64,000 bases of DNA from an uncultured cyanobacterium (GTDB lineage: Bacteria > Cyanobacteriota > Cyanobacteriia > Cyanobacteriales > Cyanobacteriaceae). The stretch lies in NCBI GenBank assembly GCA_963749915.1, contig CAVVOP010000027.1, forward strand, positions 1 through 64,000, in the 5' to 3' direction. The notes beneath the pieces are model-generated. The model was given only the letters and a program-made list of their open reading frames with translations. It ran no database searches and was not told the origin of the DNA. Within the stretch, counting starts at the first letter, position 1. Each line of letters starts with the position of its first letter. Shown piece by piece: positions 11,104 through 20,284 of this stretch. The position numbers were made by a program, and so were the translations under genes.

Positions 11104-11250
11104 TATGAGAGTAATGGCATTCTCCCAAAATTTTAAGGTACACAGTGTCGGATATGTTAATTAGTTGTTGCTCATTCTCAATGGGTCTGATGTACAATTA
11201 GTTTTGCTTAGTTTATTTAATTATATTTATCTCATTACAATTAGTTTTTT

Positions 11251-12063
11251 ATGACTAGAGTTATTGTTATTACATCAGGAAAGGGGGGTGTGGGTAAAAC
11301 TACTATCACGGCTAATTTAGGCACGGCAGTGGCTCAATTAGGTAAAAAAGTATGTTTAATTGATGCGGATTTCGGCTTAAGAAATTTAGATTTATTGTTA
11401 GGATTAGAACAACGGGTTGTTTATACCATTTTTGATGCTTTATCGGGAGAATGTACTTTAGAAAAAGCCATTGTTAAAGATAAAAGAACCCCCGGATTAA
11501 ATTTATTGCCGGCAGCTCAAAACCGCACTAAAGACGCTATTACCCCCGATCAAATGAAAGAAATTATCGAGCAATTAAGCTCTAATTTTGATTTTATTTT
11601 TGTGGATTGTCCCGCGGGAATTGAAATGGGTTTTCGGAATGCCATCGCCGCCGCACAGGAAGCGATAATTGTCACTACCCCCGAAGTTGCTGCCGTAAGG
11701 GATGCCGATCGAGTGGTAGGCTTATTAGAGAGTGAGAATATGCAAAGTATTCGCTTAATTGTCAATCGTTTACGTCCGGAAATGGTGCAAATGGATGAGA
11801 TGTTGAGTGTTGAGGATATTCTTGATTTATTGGTAGTACCTTTAATTGGTATTGTACCAGATGACAAAAGAGTAATTACTTCTGCTAATCGTGGTGAACC
11901 GTTGGTCTTAAGTGAACAAGATTCTTTACCCGGCATGGCTATTAAAAATATTGCGAGGAGAATTCAGGGTGCGGAAGTTCCCTATTTGGATTTAATGGCT
12001 TCTCAAGACACTCTTTTCACTAGAATACGTCGTTTTTTCGGTTTTTCCAATAAAGAAAAATAA
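11251..12063 (+). CDS. minD: Septum site-determining ATPase MinD
   Basis: SGKGGVGKTT, GLRNLD, DCPAGIE and a C-terminal amphipathic helix. Confidence 0.97.
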   Translation: MTRVIVITSGKGGVGKTTITANLGTAVAQLGKKVCLIDADFGLRNLDLLLGLEQRVVYTIFDALSGECTLEKAIVKDKRTPGLNLLPAAQNRTKDAITPDQMKEIIEQLSSNFDFIFVDCPAGIEMGFRNAIAAAQEAIIVTTPEVAAVRDADRVVGLLESENMQSIRLIVNRLRPEMVQMDEMLSVEDILDLLVVPLIGIVPDDKRVITSANRGEPLVLSEQDSLPGMAIKNIARRIQGAEVPYLDLMASQDTLFTRIRRFFGFSNKEK

Positions 12064-12098
12064 ACTATTTATATTAATTAAAATTCAGTACCACAACT

Positions 12099-12395
12099 GT
12101 GCCAAATATGTTCAAAGAGATTGTTAATACATTTAATTCTTGGACGGCTCCAAAAAAGAGTCGTTATCGTGCCAAAAATCGTTTACAGTTAGTTATCGCC
12201 CACGATCGCGCAGGGGTGAATCCAGAAATGATAGATAAAATGCGTCAAGAAATTATAGAGGTAGTGAGTCGTTATCTCGATATTGATGTGGATGAGATGG
12301 AATTTTCGATCCAGAGTAATGATCGTACCACTTCACTAAGTGCTAATTTACCCATTAAAAAAGTAAAAAGAAGCCCTAGAGAGTCGGTCCAGTAA
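12099..12395 (+). CDS. minE: Cell division topological specificity factor MinE
   Basis: AKNRLQLVIAHDR and LSANLPI; follows minD. Confidence 0.95.
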   Translation: MPNMFKEIVNTFNSWTAPKKSRYRAKNRLQLVIAHDRAGVNPEMIDKMRQEIIEVVSRYLDIDVDEMEFSIQSNDRTTSLSANLPIKKVKRSPRESVQ

Positions 12396-12465
12396 CCAGA
12401 AAATTCTGGTTGAGGCTGGGGTGAACGAAATTTTAGGTGGGAAGTATATTGAAATAACTATATCT

Positions 12466-12507
12466 ATTGAACCATATTTTTCGAGGGCGAAGGTCAATCC
12501 TGCCACT
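12466..12507 (-). repeat. Perfect 42-nt inverted copy of ggt coding sequence 14431-14472
   Basis: The reverse complement agtggcaggattgaccttcgccctcgaaaaatatggttcaat is identical to 14431-14472. Confidence 0.95.
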
Positions 12508-12509
12508 TC

Positions 12510-12592
12510 GTGATCTCCCAAAGCCGCCTTTGGCGATCATGCTTCCCATGGCGTTTTACGATCGCAGCTATGCTGTGGCACTGCACCATCGC
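12510..12592. repeat. Array of degenerate HIP1 octamers separated by micro-hairpins (SDR-like)
   Basis: gtgatctc 12510, gcgatcat 12533, acgatcgc 12558 and accatcgc 12585, spaced 23, 25 and 27 nt apart. Confidence 0.6.
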
Positions 12593-12669
12593 TGACTGGA
12601 AATTTTGGGTCAATCAAGGCCATGAATTTTAACTTTATATTAAATTAGTAAATAATCAAAATTCTTACT

Positions 12670-13956
12670 ATGAATTTACCATTAATGACTCCTAAAAATA
12701 ATCTAAAAAATTTTTTCGAAGATGCGAAGGAAATCATCAAAAATCAACTGATAGATGAGAATAATCCCGGACCTATTTTAAAAGATTTTAACACTTTTTT
12801 AAGCCTAGTTAAAAAGGAAGGTATAGAAGTTAGCGGCAAAAATAGTTTATTTCCCTTAAAACTTTTACCTCAGCTAAATTCTTACTTAACTAATCCCACC
12901 TTAATTGATTTAAAAAGACCGGTTCAAAAATCCTATCCATATTTAAACGGAATTTATTTACTATTAAGAACTACAAGTATAGCTTATATTATTTATGAAG
13001 GAAAAAAACAAAAATTGATACTTGATGAAACTACTTATCAATCATGGAATCAATTAAATTCGACTGAACAATATCTCACTTTATTAGAAGCATGGTTAAT
13101 TCATGCAGGGGATGAAACTATTGGCGAATCTTACAGCGAAAATAATTTACTAAGGTGTACTAATTTTTGGCAAAATTTAGCTAAAGATAAAATAAAAATT
13201 AATAAAAACAATCAGGGTTATTTTAGCTTTAATTATTCCCCAGGACTCCATAATCTTGCACTATTAGATTTGTTTGGATTTATTAAATTAAAACAAGGAA
13301 AACCTGAAACAGCAAAAGGTTGGCGTATCACCGAAATTGAAAAAACTGTTTATGGAAATACCTTATTATCAATACTAATATACTCTCTATTAGTGGAAGA
13401 ATCAGAAAATTTATCACCTGTATCATTATGGAATTTTATTGATAGAAATGACTTTATTAAATATGGGAAATTGCAAAAAGTTTTACAACCTTATTTTCCT
13501 CAATGGCAGAATAATCTTATTTTGAATCAGGAAAAATCCCCCGAAGGAGTTTATATTTTTAAAGTTTCTTTAGGAAAACCTTGGCGACAAATTGCGATAC
13601 CGTCTCATCTTGACTTAGATTCTTTAGCGGATATTATCCTTGATGCTTTTGATTTTGATAGGGATCACCTTTATCAGTTTACTTGTAAGCAACGCACTGG
13701 TGCAATCTTAAATATTAATCATCCTTATATGGAAGAAAAACCCTTTACGAATAAATTTAGTGTCGGGGAATTACCCTTACAAAAGGGCGGAAAAATGACT
13801 TTTTTGTTTGATTTTGGAGATAACTGGGAATTTGATTTAATTTTAGAGGAAATCCAAGCTCCTGATCCTAAATTGAAAAAGCCAACAATATTAAAGTCTT
13901 ATGGTAAAGCACCAGAGCAGTACGATTATGATGATCAATGGGATGAAGAAGAATAA
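12670..13956 (+). CDS. Plasmid pRiA4b ORF-3 family (IS1096 passenger TnpR-like) protein
   Basis: C-terminal WRQIAIP...AFDFDRDHLYQF...FLFDFGDNWEF...GKAPEQY. Confidence 0.85.
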   Translation: MNLPLMTPKNNLKNFFEDAKEIIKNQLIDENNPGPILKDFNTFLSLVKKEGIEVSGKNSLFPLKLLPQLNSYLTNPTLIDLKRPVQKSYPYLNGIYLLLRTTSIAYIIYEGKKQKLILDETTYQSWNQLNSTEQYLTLLEAWLIHAGDETIGESYSENNLLRCTNFWQNLAKDKIKINKNNQGYFSFNYSPGLHNLALLDLFGFIKLKQGKPETAKGWRITEIEKTVYGNTLLSILIYSLLVEESENLSPVSLWNFIDRNDFIKYGKLQKVLQPYFPQWQNNLILNQEKSPEGVYIFKVSLGKPWRQIAIPSHLDLDSLADIILDAFDFDRDHLYQFTCKQRTGAILNINHPYMEEKPFTNKFSVGELPLQKGGKMTFLFDFGDNWEFDLILEEIQAPDPKLKKPTILKSYGKAPEQYDYDDQWDEEE

Positions 13957-13984
13957 AACAAAAATTCAGACATTCAGTAACAAC

Positions 13985-15721
13985 ATGAAATTTGTTCCAC
14001 AGAAAATTTATTTATGGTTCTTCACCGCAACATTTATATTTGTCATTGGCGTTGAATTTGGTTTTGGTCAGTCAGTCATCTACGATACCAAAAGCATTTT
14101 TCATCCGGTAGTGGCAAGTAATGGCATGGTATCCAGTCAAGAAAAACTCGCTACTCAGGCAGGTTTAGAAGTATTAAAAGAGGGTGGTAACGCCATTGAT
14201 GCGGCGGTAACCGTAGGTTTTGCCTTAGCGGTAACTCTGCCAAGGGCGGGAAATATAGGCGGAGGAGGGTTTATGATTATTCATCTAGCGGAAAATAATG
14301 AGAATATAGCCCTTGATTACCGAGAAAAAGCACCCCTTAAAGTCACTAGGGAGATTTTTATTGATGAAACAGGAGAAGTTGACACGAATAAATCCCGTTT
14401 TAGCCATTTAGCAGTAGGAGTGCCAGGCACAGTGGCAGGATTGACCTTCGCCCTCGAAAAATATGGTTCAATTTCTCTTGAAAGGGCTTTAAAACCAGCA
14501 ATTCAACTGGCAGAAAAAGGTTTTCCCGTCACTGAGGATTTTTATGAATCTCTGGAATTCGCCCGTAAATCTTTACAACAACATCCCGCAAGTCAAACTA
14601 TTTTTTTGCCTAATAATAACCCTCCAGAAGTTGGCAGAAATTTTCGACAACCAGACTTAGCCCAAAGTTTGAAATTGATTGCACAGCAGGGAAAAAAAGC
14701 ATTTTATGAAGGGGAAATCGCCGCCCATATCGTTAAAGAAATGGAGGCTAATGGCGGTTTAATTAGTTTAGATGATTTAGTTAAGTATCAACCAAAAATA
14801 AGAAAACCTATTGAAGGAGAGTATCAAAATTATAAAATCTATTCCATGCCTCCCCCCAGTTCTGGTGGTGTCCATTTAATTCAAATGTTAAATGTTTTAA
14901 ACGGTTTTAACTTAAAAAAATTAGGACAAAATACAGGTAATACTATTCATTTAATGACAGAAACAATGAAATTAGCCTATGCAGACCGTTCTAAATATTT
15001 AGGAGATCCTGACTTCGTTACTGTGCCAATCGGCAGTTTAATATCTAAAAAATATGCAGATTTTTTAAGAAAAAAAATAAAGCTAAAACAAGCCACCTCA
15101 AGTGATAAAATTAGCCCTAATAATCCCTTAAAATTTGAAGAAAGTCAGGAAACAACTCACTATTCAGTAGTTGATAAAAATGGAAATGCAGTGGCTAACA
15201 CTTATACCCTTAATTTTAGCTATGGTACAGGAATAACCGTCCCGAATACTGGTATTTTATTGAACAATGAAATGGATGATTTTGCAACCAAACCTGGAGT
15301 TGGTAACGCTTACGGTTTGACGGGAGGAGAATTTAACGCCATCGCACCCCAGAAAAGAATGTTAAGCTCCATGACACCAACTATTATTATGAAAGATGAT
15401 CAAGTATTTTTAGTAACAGGAAGTCCGGGAGGTAGTAGAATTATAACGACTGTTCTACAAATAGTAATTAATGTCATTGACTTTAACATGAATATTGCGG
15501 AGGCAACAGTTTCCCCACGTTTTCATCATCAATGGCTACCAGACAAATTATTTTTGGAAAAAGGAATTAACCAAGATACCCGTCAACTGCTACAGGAAAA
15601 AGGACATAATTTGACGGATACCAATGCAATGGGTAGCACCCAAAGCATTATGAAAGTAGATAATTTTCTCTATGGTTTTTCCGATACTCGCAGGAGAGAA
15701 GCCTTAACCGTTGGGTTTTAA
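13985..15721 (+). CDS. ggt: Gamma-glutamyltransferase
   Basis: GGNAIDAA, DYREKAP, catalytic ETTHYS, LNNEMDDF, LSSMTP and GSPGG. Start moved to the ATG at 13985, which gives a signal peptide and avoids overlap. Confidence 0.95.
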   Translation: MKFVPQKIYLWFFTATFIFVIGVEFGFGQSVIYDTKSIFHPVVASNGMVSSQEKLATQAGLEVLKEGGNAIDAAVTVGFALAVTLPRAGNIGGGGFMIIHLAENNENIALDYREKAPLKVTREIFIDETGEVDTNKSRFSHLAVGVPGTVAGLTFALEKYGSISLERALKPAIQLAEKGFPVTEDFYESLEFARKSLQQHPASQTIFLPNNNPPEVGRNFRQPDLAQSLKLIAQQGKKAFYEGEIAAHIVKEMEANGGLISLDDLVKYQPKIRKPIEGEYQNYKIYSMPPPSSGGVHLIQMLNVLNGFNLKKLGQNTGNTIHLMTETMKLAYADRSKYLGDPDFVTVPIGSLISKKYADFLRKKIKLKQATSSDKISPNNPLKFEESQETTHYSVVDKNGNAVANTYTLNFSYGTGITVPNTGILLNNEMDDFATKPGVGNAYGLTGGEFNAIAPQKRMLSSMTPTIIMKDDQVFLVTGSPGGSRIITTVLQIVINVIDFNMNIAEATVSPRFHHQWLPDKLFLEKGINQDTRQLLQEKGHNLTDTNAMGSTQSIMKVDNFLYGFSDTRRREALTVGF

Positions 15722-15831
15722 ATAAACTTCTTGAGAAGTTAGCCTTAGAGTCCTTTTTTCAAATCCCTCCCAGTATTGAACCGGGTAGAACAAGACTTTT
15801 TGCCCAAAAAACTATAATAGGTTTAATACAC

Positions 15832-15879
15832 GACTTGGCAAGTTATCGAAATTTAGATATTAAGTTTTATGGGCGATCG
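15832..15879 (+). repeat. 48-nt dispersed repeat, copy 1, ending in HIP1
   Basis: 47/48 identical to 43391-43438. Confidence 0.9.
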
Positions 15880-16044
15880 CTTAACAATCCTGAATATTTA
15901 GATGGTCAGAATCTGAGGAAAAGCAAAGAGGTATTTGTACTGTGGTTGCTGGACGAGAAAGCACAGAGTATCATTGTATCAATGTCAAGCTAGACAAAAA
16001 ACTATGTGAATTTATACACAAAATGAGGTTCTCAAGGAGGCTAG

Positions 16045-16818
16045 ATGAAGAATTTAGACAATATCCGTGGAGTTTTGTTTGACCTTGAAGGAGTGTTATA
16101 TGTTGGAAATCAGCCCATTGATGGAGCCCACGACACAATACGCTACGTGAATGAGCATCATATTCCACACCGATATATTACGAATACCACCACCAAATCT
16201 CGTGAGATGTTAGCTGAAAAATTGAATGGCTTAGGGTTTCCCGTCCAACCGCAAGAAATTCTGAGTGCCCCATATGCTGCCTGTGTGTATCTGCGTCACC
16301 GTCAGCCACGTTCTTGCTATTTTATCGTCTCAGAGAACATCAGAGAAGAATTTCGGGAATTTCCCACCTCAGCAACTAACCCCGATGCAGTGATTATTGG
16401 TGATCTTGGTACTGCATGGAATTATGATTTAGTCAATCAGATTTTTCAGATGGTTATGGGCGGGGCGGAGTTAATTGCACTTCACAAGGGAAAATTTTGG
16501 CAAACCCCCCATGGGCTTCGTGTCGATATTGGTTTCTTAATTGCCGGTTGGGAATATGTTACCGGGGTAGAGGCGACGATCATCGGCAAGCCCTCTCCTG
16601 CATTTTTTCAGGCGGCGATTCACGAGTTAGAGCTACCCAAAGATGAGATCGTGATGGTAGGAGACGATATTGATACTGATGTGGGAGGTGCACAACAGTG
16701 TGGAATAAGGGGAATCCTTGTTCGGACAGGAAAATATCGCCAGGACTATGTGAGTGCCTCTTCCATTATCCCTGATGGTGTTCTTGACTCAATCACTCAT
16801 CTTATTCAATATTTATGA
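16045..16818 (+). CDS. HAD subfamily IIA hydrolase (TIGR01458/LHPP-like)
   Basis: FDLEGVL, TNTTT, GKPS, MVGDDIDTDVGGA and RTGKYR; AAGGAGG Shine-Dalgarno upstream. Confidence 0.9.
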   Translation: MKNLDNIRGVLFDLEGVLYVGNQPIDGAHDTIRYVNEHHIPHRYITNTTTKSREMLAEKLNGLGFPVQPQEILSAPYAACVYLRHRQPRSCYFIVSENIREEFREFPTSATNPDAVIIGDLGTAWNYDLVNQIFQMVMGGAELIALHKGKFWQTPHGLRVDIGFLIAGWEYVTGVEATIIGKPSPAFFQAAIHELELPKDEIVMVGDDIDTDVGGAQQCGIRGILVRTGKYRQDYVSASSIIPDGVLDSITHLIQYL

Positions 16819-16861
16819 TTAGACATCTCCAAAAATTGACAAATGCCCTCCATCATCTCCA

Positions 16862-17062
16862 TTGCTGATTTCCGTCCGCCTCCTGAGCGCCCAATTCCCT
16901 TTACTAGACTTAGGGTATCGTTCTCTGTTTGCGATGACAGCAGTAATGGCAATAATAGCACTGATAATTTTCACGGTTTTTTCTAACAAAGATATAACTA
17001 ATTCTTGGCGTTTTGCCTTAGGATATGCACCCGATTTATACGCCGTGAAACAACACTATTAG
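16862..17062 (+). pseudogene. Probable C-terminal remnant of an MFS transporter
   Basis: One transmembrane helix GYRSLFAMTAVMAIIALIIF and a tail ...WRFALGYAPDLY resembling cyanobacterial MFS C-termini (recalled similarity). No upstream portion is present. Confidence 0.45.
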
Positions 17063-17306
17063 TAATTAACAATTAACTAAGTATTTTCCCAACAGTTGTC
17101 TAACAATAATAAAATACATTAATAATACTTTAAGAAAATTTTATTGTTAATTTATCTGGAACTGCTTTATAATGGTCATACATTGATTACCAACCATGAA
17201 AAAGCTAATATCGACAGAGTCCAAAAATATCAACATAGACCAATTATTTTGGTCTATATAGAATATAAAAATCAATTTTAAAATATAATTATAAAAGGCT
17301 AAATTT

Positions 17307-18359
17307 ATGTTTAAAAAAATAGTTTTTTTCTTAAATAAAGGTGAAACTTTAAATCAAGATACCACTAATTTTAATAAAAAAATATCTGGTACAGAAACAA
17401 TATCAGATATAAGTATTGGTATTCATAATCAAGCCTTAGGGGAAACAAAAATATTAGCTACTATCGCTAAAACCTTCGATAATGCATCTTTTAAAAATCC
17501 TGAATTTATATCCTATTTAAAAATTAAATCTTTTTTTGCATCTAATAAAGAAGAATATCAAGGATTACAAAATAGTGCCGAATTGCTCCGTCTTGCTGTT
17601 AAAGCTCAAGCTAACTTCTTGAAAATTGAACAAACCGAGTTGCGGTATCGTAGTATGTCACAACAAAAATATTATAACTTTGTGTTAGAATTTTTAGGGG
17701 AAAAATTTGGTGAAGATGATAATAATAATAATTTAGAACAAGGTAGTACTATAGCTCAAAAGAAGGAAAAAAATCAGTATTCCCCTGAAGAATTTAAACA
17801 ACAAATTAGGGTAAAGTTAGAAGAAATAAAACCGATCATTAAAACAGAACAAGGTAAAGAAGCCTTAGAAGATTATACTGAATCATTAGAGGCTTTAGCC
17901 GAGGAAAAAGACATCGGGTTAAAATTACTTTATCTATTTAAAAAATCTAACCTAACTGATTTTTCTATTTTAAGAATTATCTCCGACATGGTAATTTATC
18001 TGCAAGATAAAAATATGCAAAATGTTAAAGCAATACAGGATTTAGTAGTTAGAAATCAAGAGGTATTTTTAAAAGTTGGTACAATTATTGGTATACCCAA
18101 AAATAGGGAAAATCCCGAAAATTATGCTCGAATTTTACAATATTTGGCCATCAGCAAAAAACAGGAAAACTTTATTCAGCAATTTATAAAATTAATGGAT
18201 ATTCTCAAACAATGGCAGGAATTTTATAGTAAAATTATTGATATACGTCAGCAATACCCGGCTAATAAATATCAATTACCAGCGGAATTTAAACAAGATA
18301 TTCCGGGATTATCTCTCTATCGAACGTATGGTGAATATTTATCGATATTTAAGAGTTAA
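17307..18359 (+). CDS. Hypothetical protein
   Basis: 350-aa ORF with host-like codon composition; no motif recognised. Confidence 0.75.
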   Translation: MFKKIVFFLNKGETLNQDTTNFNKKISGTETISDISIGIHNQALGETKILATIAKTFDNASFKNPEFISYLKIKSFFASNKEEYQGLQNSAELLRLAVKAQANFLKIEQTELRYRSMSQQKYYNFVLEFLGEKFGEDDNNNNLEQGSTIAQKKEKNQYSPEEFKQQIRVKLEEIKPIIKTEQGKEALEDYTESLEALAEEKDIGLKLLYLFKKSNLTDFSILRIISDMVIYLQDKNMQNVKAIQDLVVRNQEVFLKVGTIIGIPKNRENPENYARILQYLAISKKQENFIQQFIKLMDILKQWQEFYSKIIDIRQQYPANKYQLPAEFKQDIPGLSLYRTYGEYLSIFKS

Positions 18360-18538
18360 TAATTATACGAGGTTGATAAAATTTATACTGAGAACATTAA
18401 TCTGTAAAAGTCCATAAAATCTTTCTTACTAATTAGCGATCAATTTTGATTCTTCACACTTTTTATCACTTCACACTTTTTATCACAAAAAAATAATTAT
18501 CGACCGTCAATTGTCAAATTTCCCCGCTATCAACTACT

Positions 18539-19594
18539 ATGATTACTAACCACTCAATTCATTTGGTTTTAGCTTCACAACGCCAATATTTTGCCACAGG
18601 GATGACGAAACCTATCGGTTTTCGTAAGCAACAGTTAAAAAAATTAAAATCAGCGATCGCCATTAGACAGGACAAAATATTAGAGGCCTTAAAAGAGGAT
18701 TTAGGTAAACCTAACTTGGAGGGTTGCTTTGAATTGGCCGTTCTCGAAGACATTAATTATGCCCTTAAACACCTACCTCAATGGATTAAACCCCATAAAG
18801 TGAAAACTGGTATGGACATTTTTCCTAGTAGTGCTATGATATATCCTGAACCATTGGGCGTAGTATTAATTATTGGTCCTTGGAATTATCCCTTTTCCTT
18901 GATGATTTCTCCCTTAATTGGTGCGATCGCCTCTGGCAACTGTGCTATAGTTAAACCGTCGGAATTAGCACCTAATACCTCTCAACTGTTAACAGAATTA
19001 ATTAAAGATACCTTCCCCCCTGAATATATATCTATTCAAGAAGGGGGAGTGGAAGTGGCACAGGAATTATTATCCCTTAAATTTGATCACATCTTCTTCA
19101 CAGGCGGCACTAAAATTGGTCAAATTATCATGACTGCTGCTGCCCAAAATTTAACCCCTGTAACCCTAGAATTAGGAGGTAAAAGTCCTTGTATCGTCGA
19201 TAAAGAGATAAATATTAAGGAAACAGTAAAACGCATCACCTGGGGGAAATTTATCAATGCCGGACAAACTTGTATTGCACCCGACTATATTTTGGCGGAT
19301 CATACTATTAAAAAGGACCTCATCACAGGAATAAAACAGTGTATTAAAGACTTTTTTGGAGAAAATCCGGCAGAAAGTCCAGATTTTGCCCGTATCATCA
19401 ACGCCCGACAATTTGAGCGTTTACGGGGTTTATTAACCAGTGGTGATATTATCATCGGCGGAGATACGAACTCAGAGAATAAATATATCGCCCCCACTAT
19501 TTTAGATAACGTTGCCCTTGATTCTCTCGTCATGGGAGAGGAAATTTTTGGCCCTATTTTACCTAAACCCCTTGCCTTATATTTTTTCTATTAA
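18539..19594 (+). pseudogene. Aldehyde dehydrogenase (ALDH3-like), internally deleted and C-terminally truncated
   Basis: PWNYP, FTGG, LELGGKSP and GQTC are intact, but EEIFGPILP runs directly into KPLALYFF and then stops at 351 aa. Confidence 0.8.
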
Positions 19595-19616
19595 CTGTCA
19601 ATTATCAATTATTATT

Positions 19617-20177
19617 ATGGTACTTACTCCTTCTAATATGTTGCCTTTAGGCACTGATGCATCAGATTTTACATTAGCCGACACTATTTCAGGTAAGATA
19701 ATTTCTCTCAAAGATTTTCACGGTTGCAAGGGATTATTAGTTATGTTTATTTCCCGACATTGCCCTTTTGTTCAACATATTAAGGCGGAATTGGCAAACA
19801 TTGGTCACGATTATTGTGACAAAAATTTAGGTATTGTGGCGATCGCAAGTAATGACATTATTAATTATCCCGATGATTCCCCGACAAATTTAAAATTAAT
19901 GGCAGAAGAAGAAGGTTTTAATTTTCCTATTTGTTATGATGAAACCCAAGCCGTGGCGAAGGCTTATCAAGCCGCTTGTACACCTGATTTTTATTTGTTC
20001 GATGAGGATTTAAAATTAGTATATCGTGGTCAATTAGATGATAGTAGACCTAGTTTAAATATTCCTGTTACGGGCAAAGATTTACGTACAGCCATCGAGG
20101 CTTTATTGAAAAATCAACCCATAAATATTGAGCAAAAACCTAGTGTTGGTTGCAATATCAAATGGAAAAATAATTAG
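19617..20177 (+). CDS. Thioredoxin/AhpC-TSA family protein
   Basis: SRHCPFV, AACTPDF, YRGQLDDSRP and SVGCNIKW. Start moved to the ATG at 19617. Confidence 0.9.
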   Translation: MVLTPSNMLPLGTDASDFTLADTISGKIISLKDFHGCKGLLVMFISRHCPFVQHIKAELANIGHDYCDKNLGIVAIASNDIINYPDDSPTNLKLMAEEEGFNFPICYDETQAVAKAYQAACTPDFYLFDEDLKLVYRGQLDDSRPSLNIPVTGKDLRTAIEALLKNQPINIEQKPSVGCNIKWKNN

Positions 20178-20284
20178 GGATTAAACAATTAAATAAACAA
20201 AAATAATAGGAAATAAGTTTAAAAGACTTACTTATAAAGTGTCTAATTTTTTCATAATCAATTATTCATTATCAATTATCAATT

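Noticed and set aside
12396..12465. Extension of ggt homology (minus-strand TPASTRIF versus ggt HPASQTIF)
   Set aside because: No supporting nucleotide similarity or consistent spacing; likely chance.
12420..12600. CRISPR mini-array, suggested by the spacer-length ggt match and nearby attgaa motifs
   Set aside because: No repeated 25-40 nt direct repeat flanks the 42-mer, and no cas gene is in the window.
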